DNA of 64,000 bases from Candidatus Poribacteria bacterium (GCA_965208325.1 OZ242326.1:3840001-3904000); one strand, 5' to 3'. Positions 29,040-39,702 are shown, numbered from the stretch's first letter. Notes: generated by a model from the sequence alone, not told the origin. A program made the numbers and translations.

Positions 29040-29357
29040 TCAATATGTCAATATTTTAGCATGTTCTTCTGACGATATCCGAATGCTCACCTCACAGTTC
29101 AAGCGTTTCAGGAACCGCATGAGTCGCTCAACGCTATAGTACGAAAGTTTAGCGGCTTTAAGGCGGGCAATCTCGGGCTGTTTCACACCAAGCAACTTTG
29201 CTGCCTCTACTTGGGTTAGCTGGCGTTCCTCCATTATGCGGAAAATTTCCGCTCCTAACTCCGCCTTTAACATCTCTTCTTCAGCGACCTCATCGGGAAA
29301 ACCTAAATCCTTAAAGATGTTTCCGCTGCTTTGTTCTACCTTGATTCTATTGCTCAT
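29040..29357 (-). CDS. XRE/HTH_37 (HigA-like) antitoxin or regulator
   Basis: SSGNIFKDLG, LTQVEAAKLLGVKQPEI, YSVERLMRFL. Confidence 0.88.
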   Translation of the reverse strand: MSNRIKVEQSSGNIFKDLGFPDEVAEEEMLKAELGAEIFRIMEERQLTQVEAAKLLGVKQPEIARLKAAKLSYYSVERLMRFLKRLNCEVSIRISSEEHAKILTY

Positions 29358-29862
29358 GCGCCTATTTCTGCCTCCTTCGCTCGCCTAAAATTTCGTCAAA
29401 TCTAAATTTCATTATAACTAATCAGCTATATCTCGACAAGTACCAAAGTAATAATAAGATGCTTTTTCATTCATCATTGCCTCTGAGTCTAGCAAAGTAC
29501 AAAATTTCACAGTAAGGTTCCGCGTTCCCTCCGGCATAAATTGCAAAGAGTTCAGTCATAGCCTGAGTTCTCACGCTTTTTTTGTCAGTATCGAATTTGC
29601 GTCATTCCTCGGTTTACTGTGAAAACTGTGAAATTCTGTATGAGGCAACAAGATAATTTTACGCGTATTATCGCTTTCGCCGAAAACCCATTCCCCTTTC
29701 AAAATTCACCATTTCCCGCATCTCAATGGAAGCGTATCATACCAAAGAACCCGAGTTTTTTGGAAAACTCGGGTTCTAGATTTTTCTCACCGTGGTGTAA
29801 ACTCAGAAGGAGGTTTTTCGTCATAAGAATGGACTCAAAAGAATAAAGGCATAATACACTGA

Positions 29863-32106
29863 ATGAAGCAATTTTCCATATACCTCCTTTTCATCTTATC
29901 CTTCCAATCCAACATTATATTTGGACAGGAATCCGAAACCCTCACCGGGGAAATTTTCGGTACAATCTATCAAGAAGGCATTAATCAGCCCGTTCCATCA
30001 GCACGAGTTCGCATCGTCGAAACCGGCGCCCGCACAACGTCCGGTCCCACGGGCGAATTTCGATTCCGTAACCTTCCCGCCGGAGACTACACACTCGCCG
30101 CAACCGCATCCGGTTTTCTTCCCGCCGCTGGCGTAGCCGTCACGGTCAAACTTGATGAAACCACCCAACTTGAGATATATCTTGAGCCGGAGACAGTTCT
30201 GCTTGATGAGGTTGAGGTGACGACCGATCGTCCGGCGTCGACCGTCGGACGAGAGACTCTGGGCGGTTCCGAGATTCAGCGCGTCCCCGGTGCCATTGGC
30301 GATTCCCTGCGAGCGCTGCAAGCCCTGCCCAGTGTCGGTGTCGCAAACGACTTCAGCGGCGCCCTTTATATTCGCGGCGGATCCGACGAGGACAACCTCT
30401 ACTACTTCGACCGCGTGCCAATCGGCTATCCCTATCATTTCGGCGGGATTGTCTCCTCACTCAGTTCCGAAATTATTGAGCGAATCGACGTTTACGCCGG
30501 CGGTTACGGCGCCGAGTTCGGCGTTGATTCCCAGGCGGTAATTGACATCTTTTCGCGGGACGAAAACACGGATGGGTTTCGGTCAAAGTTCAACGTCAAC
30601 CTGCTCTATTCCGAAGGGCTGGTGGAGGGGAAACTTGGAGATCAGGGGTTCTGGTATCTTGCCGGACGGCGGAGCTACATCGATTTTTTCTTGAGTTCGG
30701 TGTCGTTTGACACTGGACAAATCACCAGCTTCCCGCGGTTCTGGGATTATCAGGTAAAGGCCGGTTATGACCTCTCTGATAAACACCAACTCTCCGCGAA
30801 CGTGTTTGCTTCAGGCGACAGCTTTGCGCTCAAGCTCGACGGTGAAGATGTCGATGAGGACTTTAGAGGCAATCTCAACTTCGGAAGCGGGTTTGAGGGC
30901 GCAGGCGTTCACCTGCGTTCCCGTCTTACCAATCGGCTCTCATCTTTTCTATCATTGACCCGTTCCTATTTCGAATTCGATATCAACATCGGTGCTGGAT
31001 TATCTCTCAAAATTGATGCCCCGCAGTACAACCTCCGGGAAGACCTCGCCTACACGTTAACGCCGAAGCATCAACTCGAATCCGGCGTGATACTCGGCAT
31101 TGAGCCCGGTAAAGCCATCGGCACGTTCGCCCGCCCGCCCGATGAAGGTGAAGTTGATTACGACTTCCGGTTTGTCGAAAAGACAACTTTCGACGAATCG
31201 GTCGCGAGACGCCGTATGGAAATCTATCTGCAAGACCGCTATAGCGTGCTGCCGTTTTTGACAGTCGTGTTCGGTCTGCGTACCGACTACCTAAGCGGCA
31301 TAGACGAACTGTCCCTCCAACCGCGGGGGAGCCTCCTGCTAGGCATAGCGGACGGATCGCAACTCCAATTCGCTTACGGCAACTACAATCAGGTGCCAGG
31401 CCCGCCGAGACTGACCCGGAGCGTTGGGAACCCCAACCTCAGCACCAGCCAAGCGAACCACTATGTGTTGGAGTTCACGCGCCAAGTTTCGCCGGCAACG
31501 GAGTTTAAAGTCGCAGGTTACTACAAGAACCTTGCCGATCTTGCCACAGTCGACGCCGATGCGAGGTATCTTAACCAAGGTGTTGGGTATGCGCAAGGCA
31601 CTGAGGTGTTCCTCCGGCATCGCGCAGGAGATCGATTTTTGGGATGGGGCTCGTACGCCTATGGACTTTCCAAACGGCGCGACCGCCCTGATGAACCCTA
31701 TCGCTACTATTCGTTTGACCAAACGCACGTTGCTACGTTTGCGGCGACGTACAGGCCTGCGTCCACGTGGGAGGTTGGGGCAAAATGGCAATATCGAACC
31801 GGAAACCCTTACACACCAATTCTCGACGCGAATCTTGGCACTGATCCGCGCAACGGAGAGCCTATCTATTTCCCGCTCTACGCAGAGATAAATTCGGCGC
31901 GATTTCCGCCGTATCACCGATTGGATGTGAAGTTCAGCAAAGCATTTCGGTTTGATAGCTGGGAGATTGGCTTCTTTATCGAACTCCTGAACGTCTATAA
32001 TCGCAAGAACCTGCTTGACTTCAACTACAGCGAGGATTACTCCGAAAAGGACGAAATCTACCAATTCCCCATTCTGCCGTACTTAGGGGTTACCACCGAG
32101 TTCTAA
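29863..32106 (+). CDS. TonB-dependent receptor
   Basis: Signal peptide, carboxypeptidase-regulatory-like domain, plug DSLRALQALPSV/IRGG...N, YHRLDV, C-terminal Phe. Confidence 0.92.
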   Translation: MKQFSIYLLFILSFQSNIIFGQESETLTGEIFGTIYQEGINQPVPSARVRIVETGARTTSGPTGEFRFRNLPAGDYTLAATASGFLPAAGVAVTVKLDETTQLEIYLEPETVLLDEVEVTTDRPASTVGRETLGGSEIQRVPGAIGDSLRALQALPSVGVANDFSGALYIRGGSDEDNLYYFDRVPIGYPYHFGGIVSSLSSEIIERIDVYAGGYGAEFGVDSQAVIDIFSRDENTDGFRSKFNVNLLYSEGLVEGKLGDQGFWYLAGRRSYIDFFLSSVSFDTGQITSFPRFWDYQVKAGYDLSDKHQLSANVFASGDSFALKLDGEDVDEDFRGNLNFGSGFEGAGVHLRSRLTNRLSSFLSLTRSYFEFDINIGAGLSLKIDAPQYNLREDLAYTLTPKHQLESGVILGIEPGKAIGTFARPPDEGEVDYDFRFVEKTTFDESVARRRMEIYLQDRYSVLPFLTVVFGLRTDYLSGIDELSLQPRGSLLLGIADGSQLQFAYGNYNQVPGPPRLTRSVGNPNLSTSQANHYVLEFTRQVSPATEFKVAGYYKNLADLATVDADARYLNQGVGYAQGTEVFLRHRAGDRFLGWGSYAYGLSKRRDRPDEPYRYYSFDQTHVATFAATYRPASTWEVGAKWQYRTGNPYTPILDANLGTDPRNGEPIYFPLYAEINSARFPPYHRLDVKFSKAFRFDSWEIGFFIELLNVYNRKNLLDFNYSEDYSEKDEIYQFPILPYLGVTTEF

Positions 32107-32219
32107 CGGAGTTATTCAACTAGCCGCCTGAATCCAGCTATAGTAAGGCCGTGACTATTAATGCACTGCGGCGGGTTCGGTTGCCTAACCAATCCCGTCC
32201 GTCCTGTTCTCCTTCTGCC

Positions 32220-35200
32220 TTACAACTCCGCGACAACCTCCATATTCATGCGGTGTTCAGGCTTCCGCTGTTTTGTCGAGAGCAACCGGTAATTGAATCT
32301 TAACAATAGGTCTGTCACCTTGTGAACCTTGTAACTCGCGGTGGCTCTGATTTCGTGGCTGACACCCTCGTAGAAGTTGTATCGCGCAAAAGGGATGCCG
32401 CCTTCGCTGGTGCCGTGGCCGATTCGGTATTTGAAATCAATCCGGCCCTTGCGGATAAAGGAGTAGACTATCTGATTTTGGATTGAGAGTGTTCGTGTCT
32501 GAGCCTCCGGTTCGTTATCAAGGTGCTCCAAATCCGAAGTAATTCCGTGACTGCCAACCACGCCAAACCGCACCGTACGGCTGAGTTCGTAACGGAGTTC
32601 CATTGAATTAAGCCGTTCATATTGCATGAGATCTGAGATTTGCTCCGCCGCTTTGCCTTCCAGATTCAATTGGGTGAATTCATCTCGCTCGCGGCGAACC
32701 TCACACCTCGCACGCAATGAGAACTTCGCCGTTGGATTAATCGTCATGTGAATGTCCCAATCTCTCCCGCGGCGTCGGCGTTCGCGGTTGTTGATGCGTT
32801 TGTTGAGGAGCTGGTTAGTGTTAAACCCAACATCTAAATTCAACGCCGGTGATGGAGAGAAGTCAAGCCGGTACCGCTGAACCCTTCGCCCAAAGATGGT
32901 CTGTTCATTCTGTAGGTTTCGCAATAGGAGGAGTGAAGACGGGTCGGAAATTTCCTGTTCTTCCGCAATGCGCACCTGAAACTCCCCGCGGATAGCATTT
33001 GCTAGCCATTCAAACCGATCGCGCATCGTTGTTGGCGGGTTAGGTAAGGTATCGGGTAGAATCGGGTTAATCGGAGAGCCGCCCCCGCCTTGCGGCTCGG
33101 CAGGCTGCTTCGATAACGTTTCACCGCTAGCGTACCGAAATGTATCGAGGATACTGGTAGCGGAGTCTCGTGTTCGGCGCCGGCGCGCAAACATCCGGCG
33201 CGGCTGAACGCGAACTCGAAACTTAACATCAATCGCAGAAACAGGCTTGTCATCAACGTTCTGGATAAATCTGATATAATTCCCTTCCTCGAAATCCTCC
33301 CGGTAATGCAGTTCATCAATTTTCACGTAATGCCCCTCACCCGGCGGGATTTCTCTGCCCGTCAGCGGATGAATGTTAGTGTATATTTCCCGCCGCTCTG
33401 TCGCGAGCGTCTTATCGAGTTCATAGACCATCTCGCCATCCAACGCGCGGTTGAATGGTGTCAGGCGCAGGTTAATATCCGCCAATTGCGTCGTTGAATC
33501 AGCGCCTTCCGCTCGCTGTGACTCATACAAACGCCGAGAGAGGTTCGCCGCAAAGTTTGTCCATTTTCGCGGCCGCGAGAAGAATCCAATCGTCCACGTT
33601 TTCGCGCTCGTCATCTGCTTCCAGTCCGAAAAGGCGAGCGTCTCCTCATCAACCACAATCAGCGGTTCTTTGTCAAATGCTTCCTCAAGGGAATATTCCG
33701 TATTGATGGACGCCCACTGGAAGTCCGCAAGATTAATCCGGCCGGTGGAGATGTCTCGCTTCCGGTTCAGGTTCTGTAAATCAGTTGTATTCAGATCGGT
33801 TGACTCCAACTGTTCGATTGAGGCATTCAAATCAAATGGGCGAATCCGCTGGAAGATACTCCACATCGTCCGGTCCTTGCGAAATTGGTCTTGTCCTCTG
33901 ACCTTTGACGTGCTGCTTCGGTAATCGCTTCTCACGCGGGGAAGGATTGGACGTTTCACTAAACCGCCCTGCGGTTTGAATTCAAATCCGCCGTTGAAAT
34001 TGTTGCGGATAGTTATGCCGTCGGACGCATTCCCCTCGCGCTCGCCAGGGTCGAGTGCAGTAGAAACTCCGGCTCCAGTCAAGCCGTCAATCGCAGGTTG
34101 AATCTTAAAACGCTCCTCCGTTCGTCCAATTCCTGAATCAAGATTCAACCACCCAAACGGTCTAAACTGGAGATCGAAATCTAGTGATCTTTCATCAGGC
34201 GATTGCCCGCCGCCAGATGCGCTGAGCAAATACAAATCATCAAATCTTTCTTCAGAGTACTGCTCCTCGTAGCGGAAGCGTGTACGGTTTGTGCTCGATG
34301 CGCCGACCGGCACAAACTCGGCATCAAGCGATCGGACATCTAAATTCAGTTGCAGTTTGTTGCTCGACGAATTTGCCAGAAATTTCCACGCCCGACTGAG
34401 CACCTTCGCATCCCGTTCGGAAAATGTGTTCTCATCAAGTGCGCTAAAAGCCATCTGTCCCTCAACCGATGTCCAATCTGTCGGGTGGAGGCGCCCCTCA
34501 ATACCCCATACGGTGTGCCGCTGCGGCGCCGTAAGCGAGTTCCCATCGGAGCCCAATTCATTCTTTTTCAAATCCTCAATATCTTGTTCGTTGAGGATAA
34601 TGAACGCGTTTTCGGGGTCGTTCAGATCCGATTCAACGGCGTATGCGAGGCCAACTGCTGCCCGCCCGTCCGGCAGCAGATTGAATAACCCGCTTACGCC
34701 CTGTAAATTCCGCTGATAAGCAAGGTCTTCCGGGATAAATTCAAAATCAATGCGGATGCTGTCGTTGCTGGTAATCAGATGTTTGCTTGTGAATTCGATG
34801 ATGGGGTCGCCGTAATCGCGTATTACATAGTCATGGTTTTCACCGCGCCGCATCCGCTCACCGTTGAGCCAGACAATTTCCGTCCCCGCCTTAACAATGA
34901 CAAATTCGCCATCCACGTCAATTCGATATTCGCTGCGCCCCTCCTCTGCCCGTATGGTCTTGCTCGCGGATTCCCCTTTCGGGATGCTGCTTGGAATTAT
35001 ATGGAATGACCCCCACTTGAAGTTTCCTTCGACCTGGACGCCTTCCAACGCCCTTGGAAAGAAAATGAACTCGGAATTTCCGAGCGATCCCTCAAAATCG
35101 CCCAAGGTCGCTGTCACGTTCGGACTTGTAATCCGAATCAGTTTCTGGTCGATGTCTTGGATGTCCTCTGTCGTGCCCTCCGGCTGGATTGGCAGGTCTT

Positions 35201-35933
35201 GATCCGAAAGCAGGGCGATTACGCTCACGTTTTCCGAAACTTTGCCGTCAACGCTAATCCGCAATTCTTGGTTTTGAGACAACGCTCGTCCGCTGCCGAC
35301 TGAAACCCCAAACGTCTGCGTTCCCGTGACTTGCAGGGGAGGCTGTGCGGTTTCTGTGGACGGTCGCCGTGCGAAATCGGGCTGAAGACCAAATTCGCTT
35401 TCTGCGGGCGGTTGCTCGGTTAACGGTTGTTTCTGTCGAAACAGATTGCGTTTGTACCGTTTTTTGATTTCAAAGGGCAGCGCGTGGTATGTGATGTTGA
35501 CGATAACATCCGGCGCGTAGTCGTTCAGAAGGGCGACAGTTCCAGCGTGATAATCAATTCGGTAGTCCTCGTCTTTCGTGATTTTTTCGCCATTGACGGT
35601 AACTGTTTCGCTGTCCCGGACGATTGGGAGGTGCTTTAAGGAAAAGGGATTGGACAGGTCTTTAAACCTCGCCGTCTCCGACTTTTGCAGAAGAGAAATG
35701 GTCGGAAGTTGGAGGTCACTGGTTAAGGGTTTGGTAGGGTTTGCCTCTTCCGCGCCAGAAGCCGTAGCGCTGATATAACTGGATAGTAGCAGGCATATCA
35801 ACAGCAGAAGGTTTCGGAGAGAAAATACACAAAATTGTGTGGCGCGAGACGGTAGAAAAGGGATTGGAGTATCTGATTGAGTGGTTATAAAAAACTGATT
35901 GTACACCGCCACATCTCGTTTCCCTTTCTCCAA
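32220..35933 (-). CDS. Very large predicted outer-membrane beta-barrel protein (start uncertain)
   Basis: 1237 aa with a hydrophobic signal, two 'SE.V..NG......DY.I.Y' modules, LSDQDLPIQPEGTT motif and amphipathic beta-strand C-terminal half. Confidence 0.75.
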   Translation of the reverse strand: MEKGKRDVAVYNQFFITTQSDTPIPFLPSRATQFCVFSLRNLLLLICLLLSSYISATASGAEEANPTKPLTSDLQLPTISLLQKSETARFKDLSNPFSLKHLPIVRDSETVTVNGEKITKDEDYRIDYHAGTVALLNDYAPDVIVNITYHALPFEIKKRYKRNLFRQKQPLTEQPPAESEFGLQPDFARRPSTETAQPPLQVTGTQTFGVSVGSGRALSQNQELRISVDGKVSENVSVIALLSDQDLPIQPEGTTEDIQDIDQKLIRITSPNVTATLGDFEGSLGNSEFIFFPRALEGVQVEGNFKWGSFHIIPSSIPKGESASKTIRAEEGRSEYRIDVDGEFVIVKAGTEIVWLNGERMRRGENHDYVIRDYGDPIIEFTSKHLITSNDSIRIDFEFIPEDLAYQRNLQGVSGLFNLLPDGRAAVGLAYAVESDLNDPENAFIILNEQDIEDLKKNELGSDGNSLTAPQRHTVWGIEGRLHPTDWTSVEGQMAFSALDENTFSERDAKVLSRAWKFLANSSSNKLQLNLDVRSLDAEFVPVGASSTNRTRFRYEEQYSEERFDDLYLLSASGGGQSPDERSLDFDLQFRPFGWLNLDSGIGRTEERFKIQPAIDGLTGAGVSTALDPGEREGNASDGITIRNNFNGGFEFKPQGGLVKRPILPRVRSDYRSSTSKVRGQDQFRKDRTMWSIFQRIRPFDLNASIEQLESTDLNTTDLQNLNRKRDISTGRINLADFQWASINTEYSLEEAFDKEPLIVVDEETLAFSDWKQMTSAKTWTIGFFSRPRKWTNFAANLSRRLYESQRAEGADSTTQLADINLRLTPFNRALDGEMVYELDKTLATERREIYTNIHPLTGREIPPGEGHYVKIDELHYREDFEEGNYIRFIQNVDDKPVSAIDVKFRVRVQPRRMFARRRRTRDSATSILDTFRYASGETLSKQPAEPQGGGGSPINPILPDTLPNPPTTMRDRFEWLANAIRGEFQVRIAEEQEISDPSSLLLLRNLQNEQTIFGRRVQRYRLDFSPSPALNLDVGFNTNQLLNKRINNRERRRRGRDWDIHMTINPTAKFSLRARCEVRRERDEFTQLNLEGKAAEQISDLMQYERLNSMELRYELSRTVRFGVVGSHGITSDLEHLDNEPEAQTRTLSIQNQIVYSFIRKGRIDFKYRIGHGTSEGGIPFARYNFYEGVSHEIRATASYKVHKVTDLLLRFNYRLLSTKQRKPEHRMNMEVVAEL

Positions 35934-35970
35934 ATTGTAAACCTATTCAGCCAGCCGGTTTTCCGCCTCA

Positions 35971-37131
35971 CTATTTTTCCAGTGGCGCTGCCTCTTCATT
36001 GTCAGCGGTTTCTAAAGGGCGGTAAACAACCTGAAACACTTGGATGGAGTTTGTCCCAATATCGCTGACAAAAATGCGGCTGTCCCGCGAGATTGCAATG
36101 CCGGCGGGTTCGACAAGCTCATCACTGGTAAACGCCATTACGGGTTGACCATCTCCTTTGAAAATCTGTACCCGCCGATTTCCGCCGTCAGTCACGTAAA
36201 GGTAGTTCCAGCGGTCAAGTGCAATATGGCTCGGCTCTCGAAATTGGCCGAGTGCATCGCCCTCAATTCCCCACATCTGGACAAGGTTGCCGCTGAAGTC
36301 ATATTTTTTGATGCGATTATTGCCCGAATCCACAATGTATACATTTCCGCGAGTATCAACAACCAGATCGATTGGGTCGCGGAATTGTTCCATTGCCCTG
36401 CCAAACTCTCCGCGTATCATAGCGGGCAACCCGTCTGTGTCGAACTGGATAAAACGGTGGTTTCCGGTATCGGTTGTATAAACTTCTCCGTTTCGTCCGA
36501 TGCCAACCCCTTCAGGCAGATCTAATTCGATTGCTCGATTTTCCTCACCCTCCCGTAGGTCATAATCCAAGCGGCTTCCAACAACGATACGGAAAATTCG
36601 ATCCACTAAGTTGCAATACTGGACGCGGCTATTACCGGTATCCGCAACATAGAGCAGTTCGGTCCGCTGAAAGTTAATAGCCACATCCGTAGGTGTATCA
36701 AATTCACCGGTTCGCCAGCCGTGCCTGCCGTATTCCGCAATGAAATTCCCATCTGTGCCAACTACCTGAATGCGGTTGTTGCCTGAATCTGCAACGTAGA
36801 GTTGTCCGCGGTGGTCTAAATCTAATCCAACGGGACGCAGAAATTGTCCAGCACCCTGTCCTGGACGTCCAATCGATTCAACATAGTTCACGCCCAAGAT
36901 GGTTGGTGCGGGGAGATTGTGAATGGAGGAAATAACCTTTGGGGGGGCGGCTTTCAGCGGCGTCTTGTTGTTCTTTGGCTCAACGGTCTCACCGTGCGGT
37001 GCGTGTCGAACCGCAGAACAGCCCAAATTGAAGGAGAGCGCAAATACAGTGAGTAGGAAAAGCCAATGCGTGCAGTTTTGCGTCGCTCTAGATGATTGCA
37101 CCCGGTTGATTCGACCTACAAAGTGCAACAT
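35971..37131 (-). CDS. NHL-repeat lipoprotein
   Basis: Lipobox NLGC; repeated F..P.....D..G.LYVADSGNNRIQ. Confidence 0.9.
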   Translation of the reverse strand: MLHFVGRINRVQSSRATQNCTHWLFLLTVFALSFNLGCSAVRHAPHGETVEPKNNKTPLKAAPPKVISSIHNLPAPTILGVNYVESIGRPGQGAGQFLRPVGLDLDHRGQLYVADSGNNRIQVVGTDGNFIAEYGRHGWRTGEFDTPTDVAINFQRTELLYVADTGNSRVQYCNLVDRIFRIVVGSRLDYDLREGEENRAIELDLPEGVGIGRNGEVYTTDTGNHRFIQFDTDGLPAMIRGEFGRAMEQFRDPIDLVVDTRGNVYIVDSGNNRIKKYDFSGNLVQMWGIEGDALGQFREPSHIALDRWNYLYVTDGGNRRVQIFKGDGQPVMAFTSDELVEPAGIAISRDSRIFVSDIGTNSIQVFQVVYRPLETADNEEAAPLEK

Positions 37132-37134
37132 CGC

Positions 37135-37752
37135 CTAGCCTTTATGCGTTTGGAATTTGAAAACAAACGTCGATTCTGTATCGTCGAACTCGGTTCGCAC
37201 TTTGGGAACGATGACGCGGAGGTGCGACGATTTGATGCTTCGCTTGCGAAAATACAGAAAGAACTGCGTGCGGCGTTTCGGCATCACCGTTGTTTTCTCA
37301 ATATCCTCGCGCGGCAAAACGGCGTGATCGCCCTGTATCTGGAGCGCCGGATTCCATCGAAACACATCAGCCCCAAATTCCGGCGGCAGCTTGGGTCTAA
37401 AATTCTTGCCGAGGTAAAACGTCTCCTGAGATTTATCAATCGGTCGGGTTTTATCGCCCGCCTGATCTAGCATCCAGCAATCCTTCTTCTTGAACGAGAT
37501 AAAGTGGTCCGTATTGTTATAGATTAAAACGCCAAAAGCATCAACGGCTTTTACGTCGTTTAGCGGTACTGCCATCGCTGTAATACCGTTCTTTTCATAA
37601 ATAACTGTCCCTGACTGAGGCAAGATAGTTGCTTCAGGGTCAAATACAGGAATTATCCGGACCGTCTGAAGTGCCGAACAGCTCAGTTGAATATATATTG
37701 TCAAGATGAAAATTATCTTAATGCAAATTTGGAGAAATCCGTTCATTTTCAT
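37135..37752 (-). CDS. Hypothetical lipoprotein
   Basis: Signal peptide ending QLSC; 3 bp from the NHL gene. Confidence 0.7.
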   Translation of the reverse strand: MKMNGFLQICIKIIFILTIYIQLSCSALQTVRIIPVFDPEATILPQSGTVIYEKNGITAMAVPLNDVKAVDAFGVLIYNNTDHFISFKKKDCWMLDQAGDKTRPIDKSQETFYLGKNFRPKLPPEFGADVFRWNPALQIQGDHAVLPREDIEKTTVMPKRRTQFFLYFRKRSIKSSHLRVIVPKVRTEFDDTESTFVFKFQTHKG

Positions 37753-37884
37753 TCATGCTCCTATTCGGTAGTGCGCTAGCAAGTTATAGGTTGATGCATC
37801 AGTACACCCGTAGCTTTCATTATCCCTTTGGATTCTCACTCCCGCAAATTTTGACGGGATTGGAAATACATTCGCAAGAAGGTA

Positions 37885-38709
37885 TTATGAATTCGAGTGA
37901 ATTTCATGGGTCGTTGCTTTTCGTCCAACTGTCTGCTTGTCGGCGAAAAAGGCAAGCAATTTTCCCAATAACGTAGGTAACTCTTGGCGCTGGGTGTTCA
38001 AATCTATGAGCACATCTGATTGCGGCGAGTCTGAAAGATTTGGAATTCCGTCGCCCCGATGCACAACTTTCTTCTGCTCCGATACAACCAGATCGCCGAG
38101 GGGAAATCGTGTTGAGAATCCACCGGTTACACCTATATCTGTTAAGGCTGTAATCTGTGGGAGACGTGCTTGTGATAAGCCATCCAGCTCGATTTTCAGA
38201 TGTGTAATTTCAGCGGGTGTCAGTTCGGATTGCTTCGGCTCATCTGACTTCCTCTTTGCGAGGCCGTCGCTCGGATAGACGGTTATAAGCGGGAGATTTT
38301 TTTGCAATGACGCGCGGATGCACGTGAGCAGCGTGACAAAGTGGCCGCGTTGAGGAACGGAATATGGATGCACGACCGCTAGAATTGCGGGGTGACCCGA
38401 AATTGTACCGTCCCCCGCGGCGATTAACTGCCCCAGCTCGTCCGGAAATGTCGTATGCGATACGAAATCCATGAGTTCAAGCGATTCTAAGAGCGATTCT
38501 GGCGCCAACGGAGGGTAGAGATTCATCAGCGGCTCCGTATCAAATAGGTGGAACAGGCGTTCCTCGGCAGGCATAGGTGAATAATGGTCGCAGTGGGGGC
38601 ACGTGTAGAAATGGCGCTTTAATACCTGATTAAACACCGGTTCATCACAGTGCGAGCACTTCTTCCACAATGCATCGCGTCTTTCTGTGTAATGCGTTAT
38701 GTCAGTCAC
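37885..38709 (-). CDS. Degenerate AccD-like (carboxyltransferase beta) protein
   Basis: LWKKCSHC...CPHCDH zinc finger and VTGG...LGD...E are retained; GGSMG and SGGARMQEG motifs are absent. Confidence 0.65.
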   Translation of the reverse strand: MTDITHYTERRDALWKKCSHCDEPVFNQVLKRHFYTCPHCDHYSPMPAEERLFHLFDTEPLMNLYPPLAPESLLESLELMDFVSHTTFPDELGQLIAAGDGTISGHPAILAVVHPYSVPQRGHFVTLLTCIRASLQKNLPLITVYPSDGLAKRKSDEPKQSELTPAEITHLKIELDGLSQARLPQITALTDIGVTGGFSTRFPLGDLVVSEQKKVVHRGDGIPNLSDSPQSDVLIDLNTQRQELPTLLGKLLAFFADKQTVGRKATTHEIHSNS

Positions 38710-38742
38710 AACCGTACTCCGCGAGAGTGTGAAAATTCTAAT

Positions 38743-39087
38743 TCATTGAAAACTAGCCACAGCCTCATCTTCATTGTCGTACCGATCGAAGATTGTCATC
38801 AGTTTCGCCATGACAATTAAATTCTTAATGTTCCCGCCAACATTGAGCAGTGCAATTCGTCCGCCATTCCGCTGAATTGATGTATAAGCGGCAACAATCA
38901 CGCCGAGGCCAAAGCTATCCACAATACGCACGCGTTCGAGATTCAACACAATTTTCGCTATGTTACCCGCGGCAATTTCGATTTGTGCATCAATTGCGCG
39001 CTTGAGGTCCAGACTGTCGGATCCGGCGATTCTCCCCGCAACATCCAAAATAGTAACGTCATCTCTCCGACGAACTACAATCTCCAT
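38743..39087 (-). CDS. STAS-domain anti-sigma factor antagonist
   Basis: LNLERVRIVDSFGLG; ends DNEDEAVASF. Confidence 0.92.
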   Translation of the reverse strand: MEIVVRRRDDVTILDVAGRIAGSDSLDLKRAIDAQIEIAAGNIAKIVLNLERVRIVDSFGLGVIVAAYTSIQRNGGRIALLNVGGNIKNLIVMAKLMTIFDRYDNEDEAVASFQ

Positions 39088-39257
39088 CCAATCCTCCGTG
39101 TTGTACTATCTCAGTAAAGGGTATCCGAAAATTTGCGTTCTACGGGCGAAATTTAGGTGGGTGCAACTGTACGGGTTTGCTATACGCCCAAAGCGTAGGT
39201 TTGGCCATTGAAACTCGCCGTCGGATTGGCACGTCTTACGCCAAACCGGGGTTAGGT

Positions 39258-39698
39258 CTACTTCTGTTTGTTGCTCGGCGATTTCTTGTACTTCACCATC
39301 CTTACCGTTGTCCCTGGAGCCTCATAGGTAACTGCGTCCATACAGGTTTCCATCAGAAATATTCCTCTACCGCTGCTCTTCAACAAATTTTCCGGATTCA
39401 ACGGATTCTCTACGCTATTTCGATCGAACCCGGCGCCCCCATCCTGAACAACAACCGTAATCTTGTCTTGATTGAGGATGAACTCAAAACGAGCGCGTTT
39501 GTTTACATCCTCCTTATTCCCATGTTTAATCGCGTTCGTGCCTGCCTCAATCACCGCCAAATTAACCTGTTCCCTCGATTCATCATCGAATCCCATCTCT
39601 TTGAGAATTTGAGAGATTACCGAATCCAGAACATATACGAGTTGCATTGAACTCGGTATATCTAGGCTAATGACGTGCCCTTCGGGCGTCCGGTCCAC
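39258..39698 (-). CDS. RsbW-like anti-sigma factor / Ser kinase
   Basis: LAVIEAGTNAIKHGN, DGGAGFD, GRGIFLM...MD. Confidence 0.92.
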   Translation of the reverse strand: MDRTPEGHVISLDIPSSMQLVYVLDSVISQILKEMGFDDESREQVNLAVIEAGTNAIKHGNKEDVNKRARFEFILNQDKITVVVQDGGAGFDRNSVENPLNPENLLKSSGRGIFLMETCMDAVTYEAPGTTVRMVKYKKSPSNKQK

Positions 39699-39702
39699 TT
39701 CC

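Noticed and set aside
25544..32064. Long antisense ORFs (25544-26245, 27520-28128, 31339-32064)
   Set aside because: They are shadow frames of well-supported genes and carry no recognisable motifs.
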